Both the position numbers and the translations under genes were made by a program. Source: a virus (lineage: Duplodnaviria; Heunggongvirae; Uroviricota; Caudoviricetes). From it: DNA of 64,000 bases. This document shows, piece after piece, positions 18,476 through 28,045 of the stretch; position 1 is the stretch's first letter, and each line of letters opens with the position of its first letter. The notes under the pieces were generated by a model that saw nothing but the letters and a program-made list of their open reading frames with translations, had not been told where the DNA came from and ran no database searches. The stretch lies in the IMG/VR virus record IMGVR_UViG_3300033148_004507. The stretch is one strand, 5' to 3'.

Positions 18476-18778
18476 ATGGTGGGTGGTAAGGCCGAAATAT
18501 TCAAACACAAACATGCAGATGGAAATGAGCAATTCATAACAATGTCATATGAGAAGTATGGCATAGATAGAATTCTGGATGATATAATCGAGACTGATAA
18601 GCAGGAATTCAAATGTCATTACTGTGGTGATGCTCTGAAACGCAAGGATATTGGTGGAGTATTGCCAGGGGATGCTGATGAAATCATATATCTATGTAGC
18701 TCTTTAATGTGTCTAATTGAATATCATGAGGAATTTATTATAGAAGTGGAAGCTGACGAAGGAGTGGGTGAGTTATGA
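18476..18778 (+). CDS. hypothetical Cys-containing protein
   Basis: ATG 18476 (TAATATG) in-frame in track ORF 18458..18778; CHYCGD. Confidence 0.5.
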   Translation: MVGGKAEIFKHKHADGNEQFITMSYEKYGIDRILDDIIETDKQEFKCHYCGDALKRKDIGGVLPGDADEIIYLCSSLMCLIEYHEEFIIEVEADEGVGEL

Positions 18779-19116
18779 AAAAAATCCATATCCGATGTCC
18801 AGAATGTAGTAGGGGGGCAATAGGAATCATAATCAGAGATGGCGATAAAAGGGACGAATACGGGTTCTGCAATTACTGCTATATGATACCAAATCAAGAA
18901 TGGATTTCCATAGCTATTGAAGGCGGTATTGATTGCATAACAGAAGAAGATGCTCGTTCAGGTGGTAGAAAAGCCTACGAATATGACCGAGATGTAAGGC
19001 CACCTATGCCATATCTCTATAATGTTCAATTATGGCATGACCGATGTAAATATTGTGTAGATATGATGTTCAGAAGGTATAAGCACAATCAAAAATACGG
19101 GGGGGTAAGTGAATGA
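18775..19116 (+). CDS. zinc-ribbon protein
   Basis: CPECSRG, CNYCY, CKYC. Confidence 0.5.
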   Translation: MKKIHIRCPECSRGAIGIIIRDGDKRDEYGFCNYCYMIPNQEWISIAIEGGIDCITEEDARSGGRKAYEYDRDVRPPMPYLYNVQLWHDRCKYCVDMMFRRYKHNQKYGGVSE

Positions 19117-19358
19117 AGATAACAATGCTTGGCGACATAGGGTACGCAGAATCGCAATTAAGGGAGCTTGAGGGTGCATATAATCAAGGTAAGCTCGATA
19201 GAGATGAGTTTATTCGGGAACTCCGCTTGATGCAAGAGGAGGGGCTTATAGACATCAGGGATTTGGATGTCGATGATATGGGGACTATCTTACAAGCCGA
19301 TGGGGACGAGCAGGCATCCAAGATAATGCTAAGAATGAATGGAGATGATGGGCGATGA
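19113..19358 (+). CDS. hypothetical acidic protein
   Basis: 81 aa. Confidence 0.45.
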   Translation: MKITMLGDIGYAESQLRELEGAYNQGKLDRDEFIRELRLMQEEGLIDIRDLDVDDMGTILQADGDEQASKIMLRMNGDDGR

Positions 19359-19849
19359 ATAATGAAGAGAAAGACGGTATTGAGGCAGATGCGACATGGG
19401 ATGAAATTAAATCACATGTTGATACTCAAGCAAAAACGATAGCCAAAGAATTGAGAAACCATCCAGATAGAGGCACACACGAAATGCAACAAAGTGGTTT
19501 TTATCCATACAATTTAAGTGGTAAATTGTCGGCATATCAGGAGATGCAAGTATTTCTAAATCAATTTCAATTAGATACAATCGAGTGTCCGACCTGCAAG
19601 GGTAAGAGGGTGCATAAATCAGACGAACACCCCTTCATTTTTGCCTGTCTATATTGCAAAGGCACAGGCCGAGTACCCAAGCCACAGGGGTGCGAGTGCG
19701 GTTCAGAATCACCGAGCAAAGAATGTAAATGTACAGAGCCAATAGGTCATACTGGCCCACATTACGGATATAATGCCTGTGGTGGAAAGATAGGGTGGGC
19801 TGACAGTCCAGAGCCACCCACTACCGATGACGAGGGGGTGGACAAGTGA
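19355..19849 (+). CDS. DnaJ-type CxxCxGxG zinc-finger protein (paralog 2)
   Basis: ECPTCKGKRVH ... CLYCKGTGRVPKPQGCECG. Confidence 0.6.
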   Translation: MNNEEKDGIEADATWDEIKSHVDTQAKTIAKELRNHPDRGTHEMQQSGFYPYNLSGKLSAYQEMQVFLNQFQLDTIECPTCKGKRVHKSDEHPFIFACLYCKGTGRVPKPQGCECGSESPSKECKCTEPIGHTGPHYGYNACGGKIGWADSPEPPTTDDEGVDK

Positions 19850-20034
19850 ATCATCCAGACAAACCAGTATTTCCATGTACTGATTGTAAACATGATTACA
19901 AAGCACTTGATGAAGTGCCATGTGTAAATTGTAATAGACCAAGACATGATTGTTTCGAACTTGTTAAGGCAGAACCCAAGCCACCATTGAACACAGGGGT
20001 TATTATGGCCAAGCCACAGGAGGGGTCGGATTGA
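19846..20034 (+). CDS. zinc-ribbon mini-protein (GTG start)
   Basis: CTDCKH...CVNCNRPRHDC; ends ...KPQEGSD via AAGCCACAGGAGGGG junction. Confidence 0.5.
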   Translation: MNHPDKPVFPCTDCKHDYKALDEVPCVNCNRPRHDCFELVKAEPKPPLNTGVIMAKPQEGSD

Positions 20035-20441
20035 GCAAGAAAATAACTATCATAGTTTCAGAGAAAGTCGAAGCGACAGCATCACCTTGGTGGTCGATAA
20101 TAGACCCAAAGCAGAATTTCCGAACAGACAACCAGGCATTGCACGATATTGCAGGGATGATTACGGGGCCGTTCTTTTCTAGGGAAGAGGCAGAGGATTA
20201 TCTGAAGGCAACGAGATACAATTTTGGAAAGAACGCAAAGGTGTTCTGTCATTCGGGGCATCACTCAAGGCAATATCGCAATGCTTATGCCAAGCCGAAA
20301 TTGAGAACCTTATATTGTTATTGTGAGTTTTGCCATTGCCAAATAGAAAGGGTCGATGGGGATTTATTCCCAGATTATCCTCAATGTCCATTGGGTGCAT
20401 TGCCGAATTGGGATGAAAAGCCACAGGAGAGGATGGAATGA
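20031..20441 (+). CDS. hypothetical His/Cys-rich protein (TTG start)
   Basis: CHSGHH...CYCEFCHCQ; ends ...KPQERME. Confidence 0.45.
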   Translation: MSKKITIIVSEKVEATASPWWSIIDPKQNFRTDNQALHDIAGMITGPFFSREEAEDYLKATRYNFGKNAKVFCHSGHHSRQYRNAYAKPKLRTLYCYCEFCHCQIERVDGDLFPDYPQCPLGALPNWDEKPQERME

Positions 20442-20629
20442 AAGAATCATTCACAGTAAGAAACAACGAAGTGGACATAGCAATAGTTCTACACCAATAC
20501 AACGGGGTTCATTTCCCAGGATTAATTCTTTTCAAAGGTCATGTTACCTATGTGAACAAACTCCGTGATGGTCTTGGGGATTCAATAGTGACTATAAGAG
20601 ATAGAAAGCCACAGGAGGGGTTTGAATGA
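20438..20629 (+). CDS. hypothetical mini-protein
   Basis: 63 aa; ends ...RKPQEGFE via AAGCCACAGGAGGGG junction. Confidence 0.45.
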   Translation: MKESFTVRNNEVDIAIVLHQYNGVHFPGLILFKGHVTYVNKLRDGLGDSIVTIRDRKPQEGFE

Positions 20630-21033
20630 ACATCGAAGAGAGGCAACTGAGGGTCGATAAGGTCAACGAACTTCTGAAAACAATCGGGTCATGTGGTAGG
20701 AAGTTCTTTCACCACGATGGTAGATTCTCATACTTCACTCTTGGTAAAAAGGGCCGAATCTGGTTTGTGGATAAGTGGACAATGAAGAAGGTATACATGC
20801 ACATCCATCACACAGATAGTTGGTGCAATATAACTGAGGGTGGCACACTCAAATATCTATTGATTGCATTGAAGGACTACATCATGATAGGTAAGCCAGT
20901 AGGTAACAATCATTTCTACTTCCCATCGTGGATATGCGATGGCGACCCTTGGATGTATGGTGAGGACATGGTACAGGTTATAGGCAAGGCTGAATCTTTG
21001 GGTATCTGGATTCCTAGAAAGGAGGGGTCTTAA
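20626..21033 (+). CDS. hypothetical protein
   Basis: 135 aa. Confidence 0.5.
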   Translation: MNIEERQLRVDKVNELLKTIGSCGRKFFHHDGRFSYFTLGKKGRIWFVDKWTMKKVYMHIHHTDSWCNITEGGTLKYLLIALKDYIMIGKPVGNNHFYFPSWICDGDPWMYGEDMVQVIGKAESLGIWIPRKEGS

Positions 21034-21188
21034 TGGAGGGCGATTGCGATGGTTATTTAGATGGGCGATGCACGATACTGGATGTCAAATGCCCGATTCC
21101 GAAGTCTACTCGAACAATGTTTGGTAGAATTGAGATTTGCAAATGGGCTGAAGAGAGGCTGGAGTTGAGGGGGTCTAAGGGTGACTGA
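21033..21188 (+). CDS. 51-aa Cys-rich mini-protein (not in track)
   Basis: TAATG start overlap; CDGYLDGRC ... CPIP ... C; frame-checked to TGA 21186-21188. Confidence 0.35.
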   Translation: MEGDCDGYLDGRCTILDVKCPIPKSTRTMFGRIEICKWAEERLELRGSKGD

Positions 21189-21444
21189 GTTCAAATTTGA
21201 AAGTTATGAGGGTGCGAAACATCAATTGGCAGTATTGCTTCACAAATACAAATTTAGTGAAAGGGATGTTGAATTTGTTATGGATGCCACCAGTTACATT
21301 GGTAAACAGGCATTGAATAAAGAAATAAAAATGAGGCTTACAGAGTGTGAAAGTAACAACTTCTTCGGATATTACACTCATGATGAGGATAAGAACGAGG
21401 GCTGGATTGAAGCTCTGGAATGGCTTCAGGAGTTGACACAATGA
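21181..21444 (+). CDS. hypothetical protein (GTG start)
   Basis: 87-aa ORF; overlaps flanking ORFs by a few nt. Confidence 0.4.
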   Translation: MTEFKFESYEGAKHQLAVLLHKYKFSERDVEFVMDATSYIGKQALNKEIKMRLTECESNNFFGYYTHDEDKNEGWIEALEWLQELTQ

Positions 21445-22553
21445 TGGCTGGAACCAGGCACTCATCGAAATTCTTCAAGCCTACTGAGAAGTTCTTGCAT
21501 TGGTTCAAGGGCTATGTTGGTAACACTCCCGTTACAGATGCAGGCTGTGGTACGGGCCACTTCGCCAAGGCTCTGAATGAAATCGGAGTGATAAAGATTC
21601 TCGGTCTTGAGATTTGGCCGTGTTCGAATCCAGAATACGATACAATCATTGGGCAGGATGCGACAACGTTTGCCTATTCACCAGGCTCTATAGTTACTAT
21701 AGTGCGACCAAATAGGGGTGAATGGATTCATAAGACCATAGAACAAGCCCTCTACACTGCCGAGCAGGTTGTGTACATCGGCTTGCCAAAGCATTGGGAG
21801 GATGACATCAGACCTTTGATTGGCGAATACGACATGTGGGATATTGTCGATAAGTATCTTCATGAACCTGTGGGTGAGGATGGCGAGTATGCTTACATCA
21901 TCAAGAAGAAGTCTGGCAACCCTAAAGAACCGATTATGCAACCTGTTATTGTAGAAGAGCCTGAAGAAACCTATCTGCCTCCAGTGAGGGGGATGATGAG
22001 GAAGAAAGATGCCCCTCCCAAATACATCCGAAAGCCAGCCAGCAAGAAAGGCAAGCCGTGTACTAAGTGTGGTGGTGAAAAATATTACGATGACGATAAT
22101 CCAGACGGCATGTGGTGTTATAACTGTGGTCTTGTAAACGTAACTGGCCTGAATTACAATGAAAAGTTCGATTTCAGTGAATATGAAAACGATGATGACG
22201 ATGGGTATTATTTGATTGGTGGTCGGAAAATCCAAATCCAGACCCTACTTAATTATCTCAGATTCAGAAGAGGGTCTGGGGCAGAACGTGTACTGTATCA
22301 CAAACTTGTACTGCTGGAGGCTGGCTTTGGGGAAAGGCATGGCGATAGCGATTACGATGTAGAAATAAGACGTAATAATAATTGGGTAGATTACTTCGAG
22401 AAGTGGATTGAAGCTTATATGGGCGACCCTCTTGGGGATATTGCATGGGAAAAGGCGAATCTTGATTATTGCTCGAAGTGTAACAAGGAAATTAAATTCG
22501 GGGATGCTAGGATGAACTATCCTTCAGGTGTTGTATGCATGGAGTGTGGATAA
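21420..22553 (+). CDS. class-I SAM-dependent methyltransferase domain fused to Cys-rich zinc-ribbon regions
   Basis: VTDAGCGTGHFAKAL (motif I) ... ILGLEI (motif II acidic); CTKCGGEKYY...CYNCG and CSKCNKE...CMECG; no DPPY/NPPY DNA-MTase motif IV seen. Confidence 0.6.
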   Translation: MASGVDTMMAGTRHSSKFFKPTEKFLHWFKGYVGNTPVTDAGCGTGHFAKALNEIGVIKILGLEIWPCSNPEYDTIIGQDATTFAYSPGSIVTIVRPNRGEWIHKTIEQALYTAEQVVYIGLPKHWEDDIRPLIGEYDMWDIVDKYLHEPVGEDGEYAYIIKKKSGNPKEPIMQPVIVEEPEETYLPPVRGMMRKKDAPPKYIRKPASKKGKPCTKCGGEKYYDDDNPDGMWCYNCGLVNVTGLNYNEKFDFSEYENDDDDGYYLIGGRKIQIQTLLNYLRFRRGSGAERVLYHKLVLLEAGFGERHGDSDYDVEIRRNNNWVDYFEKWIEAYMGDPLGDIAWEKANLDYCSKCNKEIKFGDARMNYPSGVVCMECG

Positions 22554-23224
22554 TGCAGAAATACTCTAAACCTTTGAGGATAAAGCATCATAAAATAAAT
22601 CTCAATCCTAAGAAGAGATACCTGGGTGACTCAGACGTTAAGAAACTACTCTCTGGAAAGGTCTATGTTGAGGAGAAGCTAGATGGCTCTCAGTGTGGGA
22701 TTGCGTTCAAGGGTGGCAAGCCAATCGTGTATACGAGAAATAGTCACTTATCAGAGTATGATAAAAGGGTGGCCTTCAAGGGTCTTTGGGATTGGGTATG
22801 GTCTAACTTAGATAAGGTTGAGAGCATACCGAAGGGATGTAGGCTGTGTGGGGAGTGGCTGTATGTTCAGCATCATGTTGTCTACGATAAGCTCCCAGAC
22901 TACTTTATGGCATTTGATATTCTGGATGAGAGGACTGGTAAACTATTGCCGTATAAGTCTAAGGTTGCCATATTCGAGGCTCTTGGAATTTCATATGCTC
23001 CACTTGTTTTAGAAGGCATGGCTACTAAAGATGATATTTTTGAGGCATCTCAGGGGTTCAGCAATTTCAGTACGGTGGATGCCAGAGAGGGCGTGGTTGT
23101 CAAGTCCGACAAGTCTGATTTCACAGGAAAACTTGTAGCCCAAGAATTTCTGGACGGCATTGAGGATGTCGGGCATTGGACATCTATAGTCACTGCGAGA
23201 TTTAATAAATTAGGGGTGGTATAG
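22553..23224 (+). CDS. minimal nucleotidyltransferase of the ATP-dependent ligase/capping-enzyme superfamily (RNA-ligase-like)
   Basis: motif I EEKLDGSQ (KxDG), motif III/IV region CGEWLY...FMAFDI, motif V EGVVVKSDKS; TAATG start at 22553. Confidence 0.6.
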   Translation: MQKYSKPLRIKHHKINLNPKKRYLGDSDVKKLLSGKVYVEEKLDGSQCGIAFKGGKPIVYTRNSHLSEYDKRVAFKGLWDWVWSNLDKVESIPKGCRLCGEWLYVQHHVVYDKLPDYFMAFDILDERTGKLLPYKSKVAIFEALGISYAPLVLEGMATKDDIFEASQGFSNFSTVDAREGVVVKSDKSDFTGKLVAQEFLDGIEDVGHWTSIVTARFNKLGVV

Positions 23225-23890
23225 GTGGTTGAGCTATCATATCATTATAAGAGCCAGTGGTGGGCGTTTATGCCGATACTATTGATGCTATGGGCCTTTT
23301 CGCTGACGTATGATTCGAATCGCTCTGCTGATTTTATATTTTTATGGTGTGTGGTTGTATTTGGTGTTGCCGTATATGCATACACGGGTCTTAAGGATGC
23401 CATAGTAATAGATTGGACAGATAATGCATCTGAGGTGGTAAAAGAATATTATCACGACAGAAAGAAAGAGATTGATAAGCATTTCTTAAGCCGTAAGACG
23501 AGAGATAAGAATTGGAACCATTCATATGAAACTAAAGTGGGCGTGAGGTATTTAACATTCAGGATAGACAAAGAAGGTAGGATAGATGGTGTGACATCTT
23601 TCAAACGTAGAGAGGATTTCGATGAGGAACTAGAGAAGATGAAGCATAAGCGTGACGAAAAGCTCAATGAAGCATCTAAAAGAGTGGAAGAACTAGGGGT
23701 GGAGTTCGAGGAACGTCAGCAATGGATTATTGACAAGTATGAGACTCCTCTGGAGAAGGAATTGCGTATAAATAAAGAAAATCATAGAATTCGAGTAGAT
23801 TGTGTATCTGGTGAAGATAACAAAAAGATAAATGAGTTGGATAATGAGATTGATGAATTTGAGGAAGAATGGAGGGAAATAAATGGATGA
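23225..23890 (+). CDS. membrane-anchored coiled-coil protein (GTG start)
   Basis: two N-terminal TM helices then K/E-rich helical region. Confidence 0.45.
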   Translation: MVELSYHYKSQWWAFMPILLMLWAFSLTYDSNRSADFIFLWCVVVFGVAVYAYTGLKDAIVIDWTDNASEVVKEYYHDRKKEIDKHFLSRKTRDKNWNHSYETKVGVRYLTFRIDKEGRIDGVTSFKRREDFDEELEKMKHKRDEKLNEASKRVEELGVEFEERQQWIIDKYETPLEKELRINKENHRIRVDCVSGEDNKKINELDNEIDEFEEEWREING

Positions 23891-24653
23891 AGATAAGCAA
23901 GAGGAATTAAAGAGAAATCCTGTGGGCTGTCAGGAATGTCTTGACAGCGAGAGGATGAAAGGAGACTGCACGTTCAACGGACACACATGTTCAGAACTGA
24001 CGAGAGAAGAATGGTTGGATAGGCATGGTCAATTTTTCGAAGATATGGGTGAGGTCGAGTCGTATGTGGGAAGGAATGGTCGGATAAAAGAATACCACTG
24101 CCCTAATTTCAACATTAAGATACCTACACAAGATGATTTAGATAAATGCTATCATGGTTCATTCTGTGAGAATATGTGGGGGTGTCATACATTTAGGCAC
24201 ATCTATGGTTCGAGGATACATGCAAGACACTGCCAAGATAGTTCGGGTTGTCCTGACGGTAAGATGTTACTGCAAGGTGATGGTACGTGGGCGTGTAATT
24301 TATGCCATAGGAGGGAAGGTGACAATGGTGAGGAGGTATTGATGGATGAAGATAAATTAAAAGACAAGCTAATAGACGAGGTATTGGAGAAGATGTGTAA
24401 TGACATCAAAAGTGATGGCAAAGAAGAGATTGGGGAGCTATTGATATTCATTCCGACAAAGCATTTGGTGGCGTACTTACCAGAGGAGAATTGGAATGCG
24501 TTCAAAGCCTTGGTCGAGAGGGAAAATAAATACAAGGGACTGCCTGGTTGGATTGTCAATGGTGTCTGTGAAAAGCTCGAAGAGGCTGTATGCAATCTGG
24601 GGTATGCCTGTGATGGGTGTCCCTACAATCCAGATTATCAACAGAAAGAATAA
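23883..24653 (+). CDS. Cys/His-rich hypothetical protein
   Basis: 256 aa with many Cys/His. Confidence 0.5.
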   Translation: MDEDKQEELKRNPVGCQECLDSERMKGDCTFNGHTCSELTREEWLDRHGQFFEDMGEVESYVGRNGRIKEYHCPNFNIKIPTQDDLDKCYHGSFCENMWGCHTFRHIYGSRIHARHCQDSSGCPDGKMLLQGDGTWACNLCHRREGDNGEEVLMDEDKLKDKLIDEVLEKMCNDIKSDGKEEIGELLIFIPTKHLVAYLPEENWNAFKALVERENKYKGLPGWIVNGVCEKLEEAVCNLGYACDGCPYNPDYQQKE

Positions 24654-24709
24654 ATATAAAGAAAGCCATAATATTTGACTAAGGATGCACTCGCAAATTA
24701 ACATTTACC

Positions 24710-24777
24710 GCCCACAGACGGGGAACAGACTGTTGTGTTATCACCAAATTTCGTAACTTTTTGTTCAGTCTGTGGGC
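24710..24777 (+). terminator. inverted repeat GCCCACAGAC(GGGGAACAGACTG)...CAGTCTGTGGGC; terminator or regulator site
   Basis: 10-bp perfect IR, extendable through second CAGAC copy, 48-nt spacer containing TTTTTGTT; sits between gene-block end 24653 and promoter 24856. Confidence 0.4.
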
Positions 24778-24855
24778 AACCCATCATAGGCACGATGTAA
24801 TTATCCCAAATTCCATCCCATCTGTGCCTATGCGGGTTCCTTTCACTTTGTTTTT

Positions 24856-24905
24856 GACAGCAAAACTATATATACTTTGGATGTATACTATGTGATGGTG
24901 ATAAC
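24856..24905 (+). promoter_or_regulatory. promoter/RBS cassette copy (GACAGCAAAACTATATATACT...GTGATGGTGATAACATG)
   Basis: directly precedes ATG 24906 (MTGDK...). Confidence 0.6.
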
Positions 24906-26213
24906 ATGACAGGCGACAAATTATTTGAATCGGAAAAGACGGAGAACGGATACCTAATCCGCTTCCCGAAGCACAAGCTGGATGACTTTGTGGAAGGTAT
25001 AACTCCTATCCAGAACAAGGCCAAGAAGCTAGGTCTTGGCGAGATAACTTACGAAGTTATTGAAACTTATGATGTAGGCACACCAATTACCATACAGTCT
25101 TGGAAGAGAGATTATGAGATGACTGTCAGGGTCAGGTGGGTTGCAGTTAAAATTATAGGGGAACCGCCAGTTCTTGACGGTTGGAAATTCATCGCATCAA
25201 TGGATGCTTCTGATGAGTTTGGAGTTCTTATTAGGAAGATACCTGACGAGGATGAGGTCATACCTGTCAAATATCTTAAGGACGGTGGAAATCCACGACT
25301 CTGTGAGCAATGCAACAGGAACACGCCACGAAGCAAGTTATACATCGTCAAGAACGTTGAAACAGGGGAATGGAGGCAGGTTGGTTCGACCTGCTTGAAA
25401 GACTTCATAGGTAATGTCACCCCATCCGAGATTGCACAATACTGGCATCTCTTGTATTATGTGGCAGAGGGTTCAAGCGATATGTTTGGTGGCGGGGGAT
25501 TTAGGGAATACGCCAAGCACAATCTTGTGGAATATCTGACTTATGCAAATATGCAGATTCGAAATCACGGATACTTATCAGTCACAAGAGCCGAGGAGCT
25601 TTCAGATATGCTTCGCAGAATCTCGCCGACCTGCGAAATCATTGATTCCATATTACAAACGATACACACAAAGGATAATAATTATGACCATTCAGTGAAT
25701 CCAATCACGATGGACGACTATGTGAAAGCAGAGCAGGTCATCGATTGGGCAATGGAGCTTTCAGATGTGGTGTGCGAGAAGAGTACCTACATGGCAACAA
25801 TTAGGACGATTGCTCAATCTGGCAAAGTACCTTCAAGGCACATGGGGTATGTGGCATCTATGATAAATTCACACACCAAACACCTCTCAGACATGAAGAG
25901 GCTGGACAAAGTTTACGAATATCTGGATGTGGAAGTTGGTGTCAGGTTCGACATTGATGGGGCCGAGGTCATTGGAATCAGGTCATTTGAAAGTCGGTTC
26001 GGAACAACATTCATCTACGACATGGCAAAGGGGAATAACCTCTTTGTCTGGTTCACTGGCAATGAAGGCATGATGGCTCTGGGGGACACGGTATCATTCA
26101 GGGCGACATTGAAGAAGTTCGATGACTATAAGGGCTTGAAGCAGACTGTTGTGACCAGGGCCAAGGTCACGGTGACAAAGGAGGCATTCAAGCTATCTGG
26201 GGGTGAGTCTTAA
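24906..26213 (+). CDS. hypothetical protein, N-terminus MTGDK shared with 36635 and 42095 genes
   Basis: 435 aa; CEQCNRN...GSTC zinc-binding pair. Confidence 0.55.
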   Translation: MTGDKLFESEKTENGYLIRFPKHKLDDFVEGITPIQNKAKKLGLGEITYEVIETYDVGTPITIQSWKRDYEMTVRVRWVAVKIIGEPPVLDGWKFIASMDASDEFGVLIRKIPDEDEVIPVKYLKDGGNPRLCEQCNRNTPRSKLYIVKNVETGEWRQVGSTCLKDFIGNVTPSEIAQYWHLLYYVAEGSSDMFGGGGFREYAKHNLVEYLTYANMQIRNHGYLSVTRAEELSDMLRRISPTCEIIDSILQTIHTKDNNYDHSVNPITMDDYVKAEQVIDWAMELSDVVCEKSTYMATIRTIAQSGKVPSRHMGYVASMINSHTKHLSDMKRLDKVYEYLDVEVGVRFDIDGAEVIGIRSFESRFGTTFIYDMAKGNNLFVWFTGNEGMMALGDTVSFRATLKKFDDYKGLKQTVVTRAKVTVTKEAFKLSGGES

Positions 26214-26410
26214 TGGGGACTTGGAACGATTGTGCTGTATGTGGGAAGGAATTGAAGAAGAAATCCACACTATATGCTGTATCATGTGAGGATTTGGATT
26301 TTTGTCATGGGGATGACTGTGGTTGCTATCTCTATGTTGGTGGTGGATGTGCAAGGGTGTTGAGGAAGAAAGGTATAAAAGTAACTAAGGTGGAGGGGGA
26401 TTCTGCATGA
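26213..26410 (+). CDS. zinc-ribbon mini-protein
   Basis: CAVCGK ... CHGDDCGC. Confidence 0.5.
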   Translation: MGTWNDCAVCGKELKKKSTLYAVSCEDLDFCHGDDCGCYLYVGGGCARVLRKKGIKVTKVEGDSA

Positions 26411-27075
26411 ATGTGGCAATATTGATAACTAACAAGACTGTCTCACTCAATGATGTGTCGGCAGATGACCAACGAGCAATCGTGGAGGCTTATCTGCGAA
26501 CCAAAAGCCCGTTGGGGTGGTCAAGCATCGATGACATCATAAAGTCGAGTAAACTGCCTTCTGAAGCGGTTATACATTGCCTGTCGAACATGGTTCTGCA
26601 CGAAAGGACAGCCAAGGCGACTTGCAACAAGGGTGGAAAGTTCGCATTCATCAAAATTAAGAGGGGAGAGTGCGAGAGTGTCTGCCCAGAGGAGTTCAAG
26701 AAGATGTACTTGCAGGGTAAGGCGTTCTGGATTCCAAAGTCTAAGGAAAGCCATGAGAGGCACTATGGCAGTAATTTCTGCATACTGTACTTGCCGATAA
26801 ACAAGATTGGCTTAAAGGAGGTCAGCAGGAAAAAGACCTCATTTGACAACTCACATCAGACATGGGACGATGTGCTTTATTCTGTGATGGGTGGTGCAGG
26901 ATTCTTCTCGGAGAATCAGAACTACAGAAAATCTGTCCAGAACAAGAAGAATGAGGCAATTCACAAGCTCGTTAACGAGAGCCAATTCAAAAGCATCTCT
27001 TATGAGATTACTCGAAACTTTGACGAACTCAAGAAGCTCATGGATGAAATCCAGGCTATCAAGGGGGGCAAGTAG
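26407..27075 (+). CDS. hypothetical protein
   Basis: 222 aa. Confidence 0.5.
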   Translation: MNVAILITNKTVSLNDVSADDQRAIVEAYLRTKSPLGWSSIDDIIKSSKLPSEAVIHCLSNMVLHERTAKATCNKGGKFAFIKIKRGECESVCPEEFKKMYLQGKAFWIPKSKESHERHYGSNFCILYLPINKIGLKEVSRKKTSFDNSHQTWDDVLYSVMGGAGFFSENQNYRKSVQNKKNEAIHKLVNESQFKSISYEITRNFDELKKLMDEIQAIKGGK

Positions 27076-27465
27076 ATGTGTAATGTCATGAAGAGATATA
27101 TGGTATTTACAGACATTGGTGTAGCCAGGGGTATTACGAGGACATTCGAAGTCATGGCTACAGACATTGGTGATGCCTGGGCTAAAGCCAAAGAGTCTGA
27201 TGTGGTGGAACATGGTGATGTCACAAACGTCATGCTTCATTTTAGTCAGTCGCCAAGTAGGATTCATATTTCAGAAGCAATCGAGGTATCTCATGAGGGT
27301 CGCTGTGGTGAAAAGACGAGATTGGTATGTCCTGGCTGTGCAAGTCATGAGCAGGGCGAACCGTATGATGTGCATGATTGCAAAGTCGTGTTCTTTGACG
27401 ATGCAGGGGATACTCAGGGGCAATGTTGCTGTTATAGTCGAGAGCATGGGATGAGGGGTGACTAG
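27076..27465 (+). CDS. hypothetical Cys-containing protein
   Basis: 129 aa; CPGCASHE. Confidence 0.45.
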   Translation: MCNVMKRYMVFTDIGVARGITRTFEVMATDIGDAWAKAKESDVVEHGDVTNVMLHFSQSPSRIHISEAIEVSHEGRCGEKTRLVCPGCASHEQGEPYDVHDCKVVFFDDAGDTQGQCCCYSREHGMRGD

Positions 27466-27711
27466 ATGGAATTAAACTTAGATGGCAGTCAATATGATAA
27501 GGACGATGTTAAGATGGGGCAACCCCATACAAGACCTATATTGTGGGGTCAGGAGATAACTATAAAAGAGCTTCCAAAAGAAGTGGTTGATGCTCTTAAG
27601 CCATACCTCCCAGATATTGCAAAGCAAGTAGAGGAGATTTCAGGGATAGCTCCTACCATGCTTGACATAGTGCTAAAGATTGAAACTTTCGAGGGCAGGA
27701 GTGTTGATTAA
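27466..27711 (+). CDS. hypothetical protein
   Basis: 81 aa. Confidence 0.45.
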   Translation: MELNLDGSQYDKDDVKMGQPHTRPILWGQEITIKELPKEVVDALKPYLPDIAKQVEEISGIAPTMLDIVLKIETFEGRSVD

Positions 27712-27960
27712 ATGTACGATTACTTGGACTTGGACGGCTGTGTAAAGATGTACGCCCAAATCATCGCATCCGACCTTGATGAAGGTCGTGGAGCAATCCA
27801 TATGAGATTGTGCGAGTTGCTTGATGTTAAGAAAGAGGATTTCAAGCCATTCGAGTGGGATGTTGGCGGTGAGGCAATTGGCAATTATGAACACGCATAT
27901 TGGGTAATCAGAAGAGCAATCATGAGGTTAGAATCAGATAGGAGGAAGGCAGATGAGTAA
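27712..27960 (+). CDS. hypothetical protein
   Basis: 82 aa. Confidence 0.45.
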   Translation: MYDYLDLDGCVKMYAQIIASDLDEGRGAIHMRLCELLDVKKEDFKPFEWDVGGEAIGNYEHAYWVIRRAIMRLESDRRKADE

Positions 27961-28045
27961 AGAGAAATGGGCTAAGATGGAAAAGGAAGATATAGAGCCA
28001 GATAATAAGGAGAGTTTACTATGATTATGTTATCACCTAAGTTGG

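Noticed and set aside
17048-18612. Several minus-strand ORFs (17048..17380, 17365..17685, 17597..18073, 18121..18612), some Ser-rich
   Set aside because: They are the antisense of the Glu/Asp-rich coiled-coil region of 16097..18289. Low-complexity GAA/GAG repeats give open antisense frames (TTC/CTC = Ser/Leu).
21620-21640. GTTCGAATCC, a textbook tRNA T-loop sequence
   Set aside because: It lies inside the methyltransferase coding frame (…EIWPCSNPEYD…). The flanks cannot form a T-stem or acceptor stem, and no cloverleaf is possible.
21678-22235. 185-aa minus-strand ORF
   Set aside because: It is entirely inside the methyltransferase gene on the other strand, with no start context. It is a low-complexity antisense frame.
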